Assembly: GCA_037441385.1 (NCBI GenBank)
Contig: JBBISH010000060.1
Location: 1-37,407 of the forward strand
Reading direction: 5' to 3'
From: Myxococcales bacterium
GTDB lineage: Bacteria; Myxococcota_A; UBA9042
DNA: 37,407 nt
Under the pieces are notes generated by a model. The model saw only the letters and a program-made list of their open reading frames with translations. It ran no database searches and was not told where the DNA came from. The translations under genes were made by a program, and so were the position numbers. This document shows positions 36,970 to 37,407 of this stretch, piece by piece (the stretch's first letter is position 1; each line of letters begins with the position of its first letter).

Positions 36970-37407
36970 ATGCACAAGATTATTGAAATCCAAGCGCGGG
37001 ACTTTGACGAGCAGGTCCTGCGCAGCCCGATTCCGGTGGCCGTGGACTTCTATTCGAGCGAATGTGCCCCGTGCGAGGCGCTGGCGCCCAAGTTCGAAGC
37101 GCTGGCGGAGCTGTACGGCGACGATGTACGCTTCGTGAAGGTCTTTCGGCAAGAAAACCGGGCGCTTGCCGAGTCACTGAGCGTGCGTGCATCGCCGACA
37201 GTGCTGTTCTTTGCCAGCGGTGCCGAGGTCGGCCGTCGCCTGGGTGGCGGCATTCGACGGTCAGAGCTGCAGCACGAGCTGTACGCCCTGATTCCGGCGG
37301 CGCGACGGGCCGAGCTTGCAGCGCAGATTCGTCCCTTTACGACCCATTGCGATGTCTTGGTGCTGGGCGCCGGGCCGGCGGGTTTGACGACCGCGATCTA
37401 CACTTCG
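36970..37407 (+). CDS. Thioredoxin domain fused to an FAD-dependent thioredoxin-reductase-like domain (truncated by window end)
   Basis: Not in the ORF track because there is no stop in the window. Manual translation: MHKIIEIQARDFDEQVLRSPIPVAVDFYSSECAPCEALAPKF...CDVLVLGAGPAGLTTAIYTS. AGGTGA RBS. Confidence 0.88.
   Translation, partial: MHKIIEIQARDFDEQVLRSPIPVAVDFYSSECAPCEALAPKFEALAELYGDDVRFVKVFRQENRALAESLSVRASPTVLFFASGAEVGRRLGGGIRRSELQHELYALIPAARRAELAAQIRPFTTHCDVLVLGAGPAGLTTAIYTS

Overview
GC-rich bacterial DNA. The gene content (Hanks-type kinase, Cys-rich repeat lipoproteins, ECF sigma/anti-sigma, MMPL exporter) suggests Myxococcota/deltaproteobacteria; this is inference. From left to right: a membrane Ser/Thr kinase, a probable outer-membrane protein, a lipoprotein, a tandem double radical SAM gene and tRNA-Arg(TCT). 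Next is an ECF sigma/anti-sigma/surface-protein cassette between two copies of a CTAG-ended MITE-like repeat, then a very large Cys-repeat/beta-propeller lipoprotein, a radical SAM gene and a housekeeping block (thiolase, rnj, engB, rimI, ftsB-like, GAF histidine kinase). An MMPL exporter and a dlt-like ACP/MBOAT/SGNH/adenylation operon lie between inverted 132-bp repeats. A repeat-dense intergenic zone and a Uma2 nuclease follow. The most interesting locus is at the right end: an ArsM-like methyltransferase ending in CCCC, an uncalled 32-aa three-Cys peptide with a duplicated KTVAxC motif, a radical SAM/SPASM enzyme and a thioredoxin-thioredoxin reductase fusion that runs off the window. This looks like a RiPP-type cluster, possibly linked to arsenic or other metalloid chemistry. 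All calls come from reading motifs by eye; no searches were run.
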